From contig NW_024704742.1 in assembly GCF_018977255.1 (NCBI RefSeq), positions 35,280,001 through 35,344,000 of the forward strand: DNA of 64,000 nucleotides, written 5' to 3'. Position numbers and translations under genes: made by a program. Position 1 is the stretch's first letter; each line of letters begins with the position of its first letter. The stretch comes from Callorhinchus milii. Its lineage: Eukaryota. Positions 41,471 through 53,930 of this stretch are shown in pieces. Below the pieces are notes generated by a model. It worked only from the letters and a program-made list of their open reading frames with translations, made no database searches and was not told where the DNA came from.

Positions 41471-42516
41471 AATTTTTCAAAGTTAAAGACAGAAATCCAA
41501 ACAGAAATTAAATTTATTTTAGAAAACAGAAAATGTTGACTAAAATGCAGTTACTTCAGTCACTGTGTATTCAGCTGCCCGTGACAGGCTTGAACTTAGT
41601 TTAAAACGTTAATAGATGGAACATGCAGTGAAAGAGGTTGGCCACCACTGAAGTTCGCTTTTGATGGGTTTTGTAGCAGTGAGAGGCAAGGGTGGGAGGA
41701 GGAGGAATTTGGGGAGAGAGTTTCAGTTAGTGGGAGCAAGCAGCTGAAATCTCAGCTCACTGCTACGACAGAAGAATACAGGGGACATGCACCAAATCTA
41801 TCATACATGTGATAGAGATCAGTTTACCCTGTCCTATTATAGTTGGCATTTAAAAAAAAACTGGGTTACTTTAGATTCAGAACTGAGGTGGGTGTTTGTT
41901 GATATTATTTGTTTATCTCAGTATCAATGTTTGACAATGTTTAATTGTAATTATTGTAGCTTCTTTCTCTGGCATCTGTATCAGAAATATACCACTTTAT
42001 TGTCAAGATGTGTATGTTAAGTGAAGACACTTGTAGGAGGAAAACATGTATTTTCTGCCTCATAATGCTAATGCCAAGGCTTTGCACTAAGTGCTTGAGG
42101 GGAACAAAATACCTCATGCAGAGCTATTAACAACAATACGCCCCTTAATTAATGTAGTGAACGTAATTATTGGCTGAAATAACACTCAACAGTATTATTG
42201 GCACTGCAGTGTATTGAGAGAATATTTACTGCAATGGAAAGTGTGGTACAAGACCAATCTGCTGCAAAATATGGGGTAGAAAATGATGCCACTGCAAACA
42301 GTAGATAGGAGAAACTTAAGCAAATGGTTGCGATTTATTGTTCATGTTAGAAGAAGTTGAAGTTAACTTCATGGCAGAAATAAAGACTTCATGGGTCCGA
42401 CTTAGTGTGGGTGGCTTTAGAGATGGCTCTTATGTTTCTTTGCTATATTCTGGCCAAAAATATTTCAAAAGTTGCATTTGAAAGTTGACAAAACTTACCA
42501 AAGGCTGGTTTAAGGT

Positions 42517-43200
42517 GTCAGCCTGTCTCAGTTGGTAACACTCGCCACTGAGTTAGAAGGTTGTGGGTTCAAGTTTCATGTAGGAACTTTGAATACACAG
42601 TTTATGCTGATGCTCCAATGTTGTGGGATGGGGAGTGGGGTACCTTCAGATGGAAGAGGTAATAATGATAATCCTTGCATTTGATATAGCGCCTTATCAC
42701 GTCTTTGGGATGTCTCAAAATGCTTTACAGAATATACTGCAAAATAAATTGACTGTATATTTTGTGGGTGAAATGCGTCAGCCAATTGCGCACAGCAGTG
42801 TTCCACAAACAGTCATGGATGAAGTGACCAATTTATTATTTTTTTTGAAGGAATTATTACCCTTGAAAAAGCGATCCTCCAATCGACTAACAACCGGGTT
42901 CCTACTTACTGTTAGGTAAACAGAGGCGTGTGGAGTAAGGAAACTTGCCCAACATTTTGCCATGTTGGGAATCAAACCCAGGTCTCTTGCTTGTGAGGAA
43001 AGTGCTCTAACCACTAAGCTACAGGATTCCATGAAGTCTCTTCTGCCTGTTCAAGATCCCCTGGCACTATTCAAAAAGAGAAGGGAGTTTCTCCCAAAGT
43101 TCTGGCCAACAATTTCCAAAATAAAAAAATGATTATTCATTTCACAGATGTTTGTGGGATATTGCTGCATGCAATTGTCTGCCGTGTTTGGACTGTGTAA
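42517..43200 (+). mobile_element. Deu-type SINE (host) split by an antisense SINE
   Basis: Head 'gtcagcctgtctcagttggtaacactc' to ~42658; resumes at ~43033 with 'tctgcctgttcaagatcccctggcactattc'. Confidence 0.75.
42659..43031 (-). mobile_element. tRNA-Ala-headed SINE, long subfamily (nested insert)
   Basis: Full length, including the 'cctacttactgttaggtaaacagaggcgtgtggag' segment. Confidence 0.9.
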
Positions 43201-44179
43201 GTTACAGAAATTTTTTATTTCTCCCTGATGGAATATATTTCTGTTATGCTTATGGAAAGAGCCCAAACAACCAGACTTCACTTGATTACCTTAACCAGCA
43301 AATTAACAACTTTAATAAAAATGTAACCTCTTTGAGATGTCTTTTCATATAAATATGAAGTACGTTAATAGAGAGTTCATATTTTCTGACTCTAAACGTA
43401 GGAAAAACACTTTTAAAGGGACAGATCATCAAGAACATTACATCTTAAACCAATTGTAACACTACCTTCTGATTTCCCCCTTTATCTGTTCCATTGTGAA
43501 CACAAGGAATACCTCCATATGGAATATCACCTTTTGGGGATTTCTAGAACTACTTTACATTCACTTTAGTTGGCAGCAAAGTCTCATTCAGCACAGTGCA
43601 CGTGTGACTGTTGTTTGTACACATCTGTCTACTTCAAGCTTGCCGGTACAATAAATATTTAATGCTGTGTGTGCATAAATCAGGACGTTACAAAGCATGC
43701 GGAAGCAATATAAAATGGCTTTGTTTCAGAAAATTCTACTGGGAAAATAAAATGGATGAATTAGTATTCTACGTATGGGTGAACGAGTAACCAATGCCCA
43801 GTTTTAATGTTTCTGTAGCTACTGTTTATTTATGGAACTAAACAGAAATAAATAATTTACATCTATGAATTCCAGGAAGCAATCCAAGAAATGAATGCTG
43901 AATGTGACTCTCCTCTTAGATAATTAAACAGTATTTGAATGTACATAGCACTCTTGAAATCCTGACATCTGTCATACTGGTTGTAACGGTGCTTACGGTA
44001 GTCATTTTCATTGACTATTACATTATATTCTAGCTTGCTGGAGTCAGCATTTCAGAACCTAGAGCTACACTTTAAAGGCAAAGCATCACATACAGAAATA
44101 GTAGAATTTTAGAATTGTAAAGTGTTAAAATCCATTTGCTTCTCCTTGGACCATCTCCATTCTCTTTTAATTTAGTACT

Positions 44180-44465
44180 ATGGTATCTTTATCATCCACC
44201 AGGCAGATGGGACCTCTGTTTAATATCTCATCCAAATTAACGACACCCGAGACAATGCAGTGCTCCCCCAGCATTGCACTTGAGTGTCAGTCTTGACTAT
44301 GAGCTCAAAGTCCTGATGTGGGGATTGACCCCATAACCTTCTGACACAACAACAAGATTACATCAAATGCAAGGATAATAATAATACTTGTAAAGCGCCT
44401 TTCATGTTGGGAGAGCGTCCCAAGGCGCAAAGGTGAGAGTGCTTCCAACTGAGCCAGGCTGACAC
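44180..44465 (-). mobile_element. Deu-type SINE 5' half with a nested L2 tail (44347-44428)
   Basis: 'ccttctgac|acaacaacaagattacat...cccaaggcgca|aaggtgagagtgcttccaactgagccaggctgac'. Confidence 0.78.
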
Positions 44466-45339
44466 CTGATCAACGAAATAATTAGTGATGACATATTCAG
44501 AATCTTTCATGAAATTTCTGGGCACCAAACCTTATAAATTGATTCACTGGAGAAGGTTCAGAGAAAAGCTACAACAATGATTCAAGACTTGGGACTTTAT
44601 CTAAGAGAAGGGGGATTCAAGGAAATGAATTTGTTTCCTTTGCAGAAAAAGAGAGTTTAAGAATTAAAATAATAATCTTTGCATTTGCTGTAGTACCTTT
44701 CACACCCGAAGGACATTTCAAAGGGCTTCATAGGATTTACTGTAAAGTGTAGTGATTGTGGAGGTGAATGCGGCAACCAATTTGAACATAGTAATGTTCT
44801 GCAAACAGCCATGAAGTGAATGGCTGGAGTATTGTTGGCCATAATACACGATTCAGTGTTTAAAATGGTAAAAGTTAATGGATAATGTAGATTAATTCCT
44901 CGTCTTAAAATTTAGGATTGTTCACAAGTTTGTAAAGTTCTTAAAATCAGTCTTAGTTTTAACGCTTGTGTTGTATAGTTCTTAAAAGGGACTAAGTAAA
45001 ACCCGCTTCCAAATAAACCAGAATTTAAGAATTTTACAAAGTTTACAAGAGGTAAACTCAGAACCATGAATACAATTTTTTTTCTTATAATTACTATAAC
45101 AGTATTTTTCACTAACAGAAACATCAATAATATTTATAGAAACTCAAGAATCAAATAGTGAGTCATATAAATCTGCTTTTTCTCTTCAGATAAATTTTGT
45201 CACTTCTTGTTGAACTTTTTGAGGGAGCCACTAGGGAGCCACTAGTGCTTGATCCTAGTGAGGGGAACGAGTGTCAGACCAGCCACTCTATGATGAGAGT
45301 TTTAAATGAAGAAAGCCAATCATTACATTTGAACTTATC

Positions 45340-45580
45340 TTTTCTAGAATACTCGTTACACCATTAAACAGTTTCTTAAAATGAGTTTTCAGTGTCTGGC
45401 CTCTACCATTCTTCCCGGTAAATCATTCCATTCTTCATTGTAATCTATAAAGAAATACTTCCTGTTGTCTGTCTTAAAATTGCCCTCCACAACCCTGGTA
45501 CTATGGTTTCTCATCCCTCTCCCCTGGTGTATCTGGAAGAACTGTTCTGGGTTGACCTTCTCCATCCTATAGAAGCCCCT
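45340..45580 (-). mobile_element. CR1 ORF2 C-terminal fragment
   Basis: Minus-strand translation KVNPEQFF...RNHS...FKTDNRKYFF...WNDLPGRMVEA is the CR1 C-terminal signature. Confidence 0.85.
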
Positions 45581-48336
45581 TGGCCTTTGGTCAATCACAG
45601 TGGAGTGTTGCAACCAACTGTGTGAATGACCATTGCCCATGTATTGCCACCTAACGGAGGTATCACAGCAGGAACATTTTAAATGATCTCACAAAAAAGT
45701 TATGAGATCATTTAATCTGTTGACCAAGTCCAGTCCATTAACACTGGCTTGTAATGAACAACAACAACAACTTGGATTTATATAGTGCCCTCCACGCCGG
45801 ACCGCATCTCAGAGTGCTTAAATGAAGTAAACACATCATGTGCTCCTGATCAAGCAACAAACTGCAAGAGTGAAACCTTCATATAGGGGCTATTTGAATT
45901 CAATGCTTGCTCACCAATGGGCTATTCTGCTCTGTTTGCTAGAGATATCAACCATTCAGAATTGAACAAACAGAAACATATTTGTTACAGATATGACCTA
46001 TTTACTCCCCATCAAAAATCGTTGTTAAAATATTTAACGAATGATTAGCAGATATAGCGGTTAAACCTGTTAGAGCTAAGTGAAGACTATTACTGAGGGA
46101 TACAAGCAACAGCATGAAGAGAATTCCAATTGTGTATTGCTTATACCAGGTCAGACCTACCTTATGTTTGTGAATTTTGGGCACATGTGGAAACCATCAA
46201 CGCTTTGTAACAGGGTCAAAAATGAATTATACAGAAAAGTTATATAACTGCAAGTGGGGACATTGGTGGGTAAAGAGCTTGTTTTCCACATATTCATACT
46301 GGATCGTGTCCACTTGAACGTAAAATTAATAATTGGATTTCTATCTTTGTGAGCAGTAACATTGTCATATTATGCAAGTTTTTATCAGCATTAAGGACAT
46401 CAAAATATGCCCATATTATAATTTGCCTATCTATTTATAGAGTGCTCCATATTAGCTCTAATGAATTTCCATATATTAAAAATCAGGAATATCCAGAAGC
46501 CTGGCTAAAGGACTGTTTCCAAGCCTCTTAAATGTTACCGCAACAAGACATCATTTTTTGAGTGGCTAATGTGTATTAAAATTATAATATACGAATTGCA
46601 ATCTGATCAGACCTCATGTATAATGGCACACACACTACTATGCATTGATATTAACAGTTTTCTGTTTCTGATTTCATTTTCAAAAATGTACAGTGTAAAA
46701 TCCCAAAGTGTTTAGAAGGACAAGAATAAGCTATTTGAAATTATAGATTCCAAGTACTGCTTTTCTATCAGTATTTTCCAAAAGGTTTCCATTAAAGCCT
46801 TTTGCTTGATGTTCTGGGGTTTCAGCGTTCTCTCAGATCTCTGCATAGTATTTTAGGGTTGTGCCATCATCTCAAAAGGATCACGTACCAGCAGGACTTC
46901 AGTGGATTGACAAAGTATTTTGGTGCTCTGAAACACTCATCATTAAAGATGTCTTATTGATCATATTGGTGATTCACTTCTTGGCTGTTTATGGGACATT
47001 GCTGCATGTATTGGTTGCCACTTCTGTTTACAAAATGTACAGTCACTATACTTTTCAGTGCTTTGAGGCACTTTGAGACATCCTCCAGGCATGAAAGGCA
47101 CTGTATTACATTGAAGCATTATTATTTGGATTGTTATTTTGTGTCTTCATAGGCTGTTATACTGTTGATTAGGTCAGTGATTTCAGAGATTACATAAGTG
47201 TCAGGAAAAAGAATAAAGGAGTCTTGCTGATTTCCTTACAAATTTATCAAATCATTGAAACTTATTTATTCTTGGTTTTAACNAAAAATGCAGTAGAAAC
47301 CCTTTCTTCAGATTGTGGATTCAACTAGAAGGAATCTAGAAGAAAAACATTTCTATCATTTCCATTTATTTACTTAAAAAAAGGATTGCACTCTTTATTT
47401 TATATCAGAAGTATTCCAATACTATTTGATCGCTCTTCCAGTTGGGAAAGAGACCAGAACCTTTAACCACTCTTCACATACGAGTCCACACATTGAGTTT
47501 TGCTACCTATTTGACCAAGGGCAGGAGCTTCACAACTGAGTTTCACCTGGCCTCTTCCAACATTCCCGTATTCTCACTCCCCACCACTTCCCACTAGACA
47601 GTAACCAGGAATAGGATACTGGCTGATTTTTTCTCCCTAGATCAGAAGAGTTGTATGCTCGGCTGAGATCCCCCCACCACCCAGCTCCCATAAGCAGCTC
47701 CGGTGCCCAGCTGGAATTGCCAAGCACTTTGGGACGTCCTCCCGATGTGAAAGTGGTCTGTATAAGTGTAAATTGTATTGTAACTAGCTCAACATAACCA
47801 TTGGGAATTGAACCAGGGATACTATCATTTCAATGGCTCAAGCATTTGTGATCAAAATATCTTGGATGTTCTACAAATGTGAAAGATGCTATATAAATAC
47901 AAATTTGTATTGTATCATTCATAGGAACCCAAAGATTTCAGTACTTTTCCATAAGAAGTAAGTGCATTATACAGGATGGACAAAGGAATACACAGTGCTG
48001 TAAAGTACCACTGGGGCTACCTAGCAGGTGTTATTATCTCTTCCTATCTCTCTTTATCTCACATATCCTGCAATTCCCCCTTACCATCAAAAATTGGCCT
48101 TAAATTTAACACATGGATTAAGCATATACCATTCATCTTACATTACCAGCTCTTCTTGACATGTCCCATTGCTGGCCATTTTACCCAGATAAAAGTGCAG
48201 TTAACAGAGTGACAACAGCACAGGCCCGGGAGCAGGTCACCTGCCTGCCCGTTTGGCTGAGAAATGAGGCATGAGGAAGATAAAGGGGATCAACAATGGA
48301 TAAAATGTTGGATGCCAAATTTGGATTTTGTTAACC

Positions 48337-48864
48337 TCAAGTGCATGCAGATGGATACATAAATGGCGGATGAGCTGATGTTCGGCTCAACCACGGCAAA
48401 GGCCAGATGGGGCCTGACCCCGGCAGGAGCTGCTCTGGCACAACCCGCTCAGGACGCACCCACCGGGTAGCCCACGAGCGGACCCAAAACTGACTGAAGT
48501 GAGGGTATAGAAGGACGCTCGAGATGTAACCAAAGAGCGTCCCAAAAATGTATGTACGGTAAACATGTGTGCGTACGGTGCACATCGGGGTGCCTTCCGA
48601 AAGCAGCAAGCGCACCTTATCAGGGTGTGGGAGGGCGCGCACATGGATGATGTGTAAACAGGGGCTACTCCCGACTGTGTTAAAGGGAACGTCCCGAAAA
48701 ACATGTGCACAACCTATGAGTGGCGATGGAATGTACCGTAAACAATGGAATGTGTTTTGTATCGGGAGAAAAGGGAAACAAAATTGTAACAAAAGATGTT
48801 GTGTTTGTTTTGGATTTCTGTTGTACTAAATATAATATTTATAAATAAATATATATTTTCAAAA
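48337..48864 (+). mobile_element. 5'-truncated Tx1-like (L1 group) LINE 3' end
   Basis: Plus frame reads ..ADELMFGSTTAKARWGLTP..*, resembling the C-terminal DxLxxGxxxAKAxWG motif I recall from Tx1-type ORF2; then a CpG-rich 3'UTR ending 'ataaataaatatatattttcaaaa'. Confidence 0.62.
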
Positions 48865-49311
48865 GAGTAATCATCGGGACATTCTAAAGCTAACAAATAT
48901 TTTTCCATCTGTTATATTTCACATCAGTTTGAGAAATAAGCTGCAGCTGGCTCTGGAGGCCATCGAAGTAAGGTGATCATCATGCATTTAGACCAGTGAT
49001 TTAATGACTTGACATAACCTATGCTCCTGTCATCAGTGTGTACTCATTGAAACTCCAGTGATAGACATCTTTCAAACACCTTCATGTCACGGTGAGATCA
49101 TCATACATGGGGCAATTTGCTGACAGCATTTATGTTGACATCTGTCCTTGAATTGTAACAAGCTGTAAGCATAAAATATTAAAGAATTATAAAGTAATAT
49201 TTGGTGTGATTTCTTCCACCACTGTAGCGTCTTTTAACTCATTGCGGCTTAGAGCAATGCCAACATGTTTACTTTAATCGTTCAATTTTCCCATCACTTC
49301 ATAGTTACAAT

Positions 49312-49680
49312 GTGTCAGCCCGGGCTCAGTCAGCAGCACTCTTTTCTCTAAGTCACAAGGTGGTGGGTTCAAGTAGTGCTGGGGGTGTCTTTGTCGGAGG
49401 TGCTGTCTTTCTGATGAGATGTTGAACTGAGGTCCCAGCTGTTTGTACAGGTGGATGTTAAAGATCCCATTGTGCTAGTTAAAAAGAGAAGGCATTTTCT
49501 CCTGATAGCCTGGCTAGCAATTCCCCCAAATGAAATTGATCATTCATTTCCTGGCTGTTTGCAGAATATTGCTGGGTGGAATTTAGCTGCTGCCTTGTTC
49601 ACTTACAAAATACAGAGTCAGTACACTTGTCCTCCCACTGAGAAAGATGCTATATCAAATGCAATGATTATTATTTATTA
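49312..49680 (+). mobile_element. Deu-type SINE with internal deletions
   Basis: 'gtcagcccgggctcagtcagcagcactc...ggatgttaaagatcccattgtgc...gctatatcaaatgcaatgattatt'. Confidence 0.8.
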
Positions 49681-51883
49681 TTTATCATTTATTAACTAAC
49701 CACTAATATTAAATGGGTATCAATATAATTTCACACTTCTCCATGTTCATATTTCACAAAGTAAAAGTCATATTAAATGTGTAAAAACATAACTACAGTA
49801 CCTAGAGATCCAGTGATAAAATACAAAATCACATTTGCATAGCATCTTTCAAGTAGGGAGGACATCCCAAGGTGATGATATCACAGGACAAAGTAATGAC
49901 TGGAAACATCAGACTGAATCAGACATAGCTGATGGCCATGGGAGCCTTAGCTTCTGGGCAGCAGTGAAACGTGTGTAATTTGTTTCTTAAAAACACGTCC
50001 ACAAAATAAATGAAATATGATTTATTATTTTGCTCAGGAGCAAATACCTCATAATTTCCTTTCAATTGGATTCAATTCTTGATCACAAATCACACAATAA
50101 TCAAACATATCAATTGTACAGGATTATTTTTTCAATGGCTGCTTGTGAGTGAGCGCTGCAACACTGCAATAAAGCACATGTTATAGTTAAGAATGCTTTA
50201 CTCACAATGCTCTGGGCCTGTGAAATACATTCCCTCAAAGAACTGATGATGTAGAGTCAGTGGGAGTATTTAATAGGGAAGTAGATAAATCATTGTACTC
50301 TAAGGCAGGATTGCCGAATACGGTAGCCATTAGCCACATGTCAATTAGGAATCTAGATGTGGTGAGATTGCATTTTTTGATTACTAAATATAAACAATGA
50401 GTGATAGACACTGTCCTTGGGCATGTATGCATATGTGTCTTGACCTCTGGTAGAATAATAAGATGAAAAATAGCATATGCTAGTGATTTTTGATTGTTGT
50501 GTGTGCTTTGTTTCTTTGGTTATCCTTGCTCCTTGGTTAACTGCTAAAATAGTGTGTAACATGTGAAAACGCCAGATTTCAGCATCATAGAAACACCAGC
50601 AATAATGTATGGAGAGGCGGGGGCTATCAGTTGTGGTCAGCTCAACCAATCGGAATAACCTCTCCAGGCCAGCAGAAGACAGCAAACTCAGCCAATAACA
50701 AGCAGCTCCAACAGGTCAAGGTCTTGATCAAGAGCAGAGGCAGGTCTGGCACGTCTTGTGAAAGAAAAATAACACTGAATGGTGGTAGATGTTTGTTAAG
50801 TAGATCTTTGTTAAGTAAACATGCATGTGAAATGCATTTACCCAAAGTGAGTGTATGTAAGGTGTTTTTTACTAACATTAGTGCATGTGGGCTTGAACCC
50901 ACAACCTTCTGACTCAGAGACAAGAGTCCTACCAAATAAACCTGGCTGATACACAATCAAGAGAGCAAGAGAGATCAGTTAGCCCAACAACAACAGTCAC
51001 GTACATAAAAGATATATATATATTTTAGTTACGTAATATGTTTACGCTATTTTGTTGGAGTTGGGTAACATTACTTGAATTCTTTACTTCTAAAAGTTAA
51101 AAGGTATGTTTGATTGTTTTAGGCAGAGCTTCTTGCACTGAGCCTTATCAATATTCCACACTTCTTTATGAGCAGAATAATTCATTCCAGAATTGCTGTA
51201 GGTAATTGTATAGCTCATAACTGCTGGCCGAGGATTAGAGAATTCATTAAAGTTTCCAGTGATTGAACTTTATATAATTACCATAAGTCGAGCTAAGAAG
51301 TGAAATCATTTCTGCAATATGGAACGCCATAATACTTTGATGTGACATTGGTTCTGCAAGCCTTCCGTTTATTACTGGCAAGTTTCCTTTTTTTGGTTCC
51401 TCTCAGAAAGGTTTATTTTATAAAGTTAAACATATGGCGCGTTAGCAATGGAGTACTGACATGAGATACTTCAATTTCACATTGCTCACCTTCCATAGTT
51501 ACATTGAAGGGTTTGCTTCGAAACAATTGCCTGCGTAGATTCAATAGAGTTGGAAAAAATGCTCGGAAAGCAAAAGCTCTGCAATACTAGGGTTTCTTTG
51601 CAGGAAAAATGCTTTGGATATTTTTTACAACAACATCTTGCAGTTATATTACGCCCTTCACACTTGGTAGTATTTGGAGCACTTAGGAAGGGGCTCCCTA
51701 TATATTGCATTGATTTGTAGGAACTTGGCTCTGATCTGAAATCTCCTTAGATTCCAGACATTGTGAGTTGCCGTGAAATAGAGGGCTTTCCCTGCCAAAA
51801 GTGAGGTTTACATTTTTATCCAAATGGCCATGCACCAATAACACTACTAATTTCAAGAGAAGCACTTTTTCAACCCTAATGTA

Positions 51884-52070
51884 TAGAACCATAGAAATTT
51901 ACAGCACAGAAAAAGGCTATTCCACCCATAATTTCTGTGCGGGTTCTTTAAAGACTCACCCTTTCAATTCCATTTACCTGCCTTTGACTCATAACCCCTG
52001 TAGTTGTCTCCTTTTTACATATTTATCTATTTCCCCTTTGAAAGCTAATATGGATTCTACCTCAACCTTT
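51884..52070 (-). mobile_element. CR1 LINE 3' end
   Basis: 'tagaaccatagaaatttacagcacagaaaaaggctattc...atctatttcccctttgaaag'. Confidence 0.75.
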
Positions 52071-53089
52071 TCACAAAATCATAGTAAAATCTTTATATTT
52101 TCTTTGTTTACCAAAATGGTAAGATTAAGAAGGAGAAAGAATGGGTTTTCATAACCTGGAAATAATGCAACTGTCTGATATAATGATGGAGATGCCACAA
52201 GGTATTAGTGTAATTAAGATTTGTTCATAATTTATAATGCAAAAAGCCACTGATAATGTTCATTTTAGCTTATTGATACTGACTTCACATGTACAGAACA
52301 TGAAAAACATAATAGAATAATACTAATAAACTCTAGAGATAAGACGCTTACAAGTCAGTCATGCAGCTAACTTCAGACCGCATTTGTGTTGTATGCTATT
52401 CAATAATCAATTATATTTGCTCAAACTAAAATGTAGAATAATAAGCAATGCACATCTTGTGATGTGTAAAATTTGTTGTTAATGACCTTTCCCCCTGTTC
52501 ATGTTGGAAAACTATCATTAAATCAGAACAGATAAAACAAAACAAAGTGAAATGTTCACTGAAGATAAACATTGGAGTCTAACTTTCTGTTTAAATTTAG
52601 AGATTACTTAAATATTGATTATGAATTATCTGGTGGACCCCCCCGCCACACACACACATTCTCAGTACAGGGGTGAAGGCTTAGCCTCCTGTGACCCAAG
52701 ATAATCTGGAAGTCTGACTGTAACTTGGAAATTCCAGCATTAATTTGTAACAATATCAGCGGACATACAATGGTTATAATAATAGCTCCACTGCACATTA
52801 TAATGGAAATGGGAACAAACAGCTAACTAACTCATAAGGTACGGCCAAGTATAATTGTGGAATGTAGTCTAAAGGAAATGGCATTCCTGCTTTTTATGTG
52901 TTCAAGAAAAGATGATATGTTTAACCTTATAATTTTTTAAAATTCATTTAATCCTCAAAGGTTAAAATGGGTTAGGATGGGTTCTCAATTGCATTCGATG
53001 AGTTGATTACAGAGTTTAAAAATCAAATGCATTTTGAGTGGTTTTTCTTTATCTCTGAGTCAGTTAATCCTATCATCAAAGAGTCTGCC

Positions 53090-53520
53090 CGTTCAGAACT
53101 GACAAAGAAATGATGAGGAAGCTCTGAGGTTTGGGATGACAGCTGCTGGAAGGCGTTACCTGGAGTTCTGGTTCGTGAACACACATTCATATATCCAGGA
53201 CTTGGTATCCACCTTGATTGGTGTGCAGAGAGGTAAGCAGCTGTTGCTTAAGCTGTGCACTTCCAACTGGTTGAACCATCGCTCAATGGGTAGAGATGTG
53301 TGTTCAAACTGTGGGCAGGAGGTTGTTGGCAATGCTCTCACACATTTCATGCTGAGCTGCGCTGCTCACCAGGAAGTTTGCAGGGAGTTTCTGGTATGTG
53401 CTTTCCACATAATAAGAGATCAAACCTTGTCCGGTGTCCAATGTTCAGCTAGTGCTTATCTTTTTTAGGGAGGAGGTAAACAGAGTTTCCTTGCGGCTGA
53501 GCTGGCTACAAAATAATGAG
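53090..53520 (+). mobile_element. Non-LTR retrotransposon ORF2 C-terminal CCHC zinc-knuckle relic
   Basis: ORF 53136-53468 reads GKQLLLKL..LN....CSNCGQEVVGNALTHFMLSC (C-x2-C-x10-H-x4-C). Confidence 0.6.
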
Positions 53521-53571
53521 CTTGACAATGGAATTCCAAAATCGATTGACTATGGGAATAGTATTAATGCA

Positions 53572-53930
53572 ATACAATAAAAAAATTACATTTGTATAAT
53601 GCCTTTCATGTTGGGAGGATGGTCCCAAGGTGCTGGACAGTCAGGGATTTGGATCCGAGCAGGCGGTGTCAGTGGGGGGTATTCGGGTTTGGGGTATGGG
53701 AGTAGGGAGGCAGGAGGGTGGTCGAAGGCACAGTCAAAGAAGAGTGTCTTGAGACGTACCTTGAAGGAGGCAAAGGATGGAGTGAGGCAAAGGGAATGTG
53801 GGATGGAGTTTCAAAGGGTGGGGGCAGAGAGGCTGAAGGCCCGACCACCGATGGCGGGCTGGGCGGGGAACATGGAGAAGCCTGGAGCCTGCTGAGCAGA
53901 GGGAGCGGATAGGCTGATAAGGGGCTTACT
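53572..53930 (-). mobile_element. L2 LINE 3' end
   Basis: 'ttacatttgtataatgcctttcatgttgggaggatggtcccaagg...gagtgtcttgagacgtaccttgaaggagg...ggctgaaggcccgaccaccgatgg'. Confidence 0.85.

Noticed and set aside
41220..41539. ORFs with (IHTY)n
   Set aside because: Translation of the (CATA)n microsatellite
45679..45715. 13-bp perfect hairpin (ttaaatgatctca/tgagatcatttaa)
   Set aside because: Short, AT-rich and isolated; no evidence of function, and bacterial terminator logic does not apply
9936..47283. Single N bases at 9936, 21021 and 47283
   Set aside because: Each abuts a homopolymer run; sequencing or assembly ambiguity, not biology
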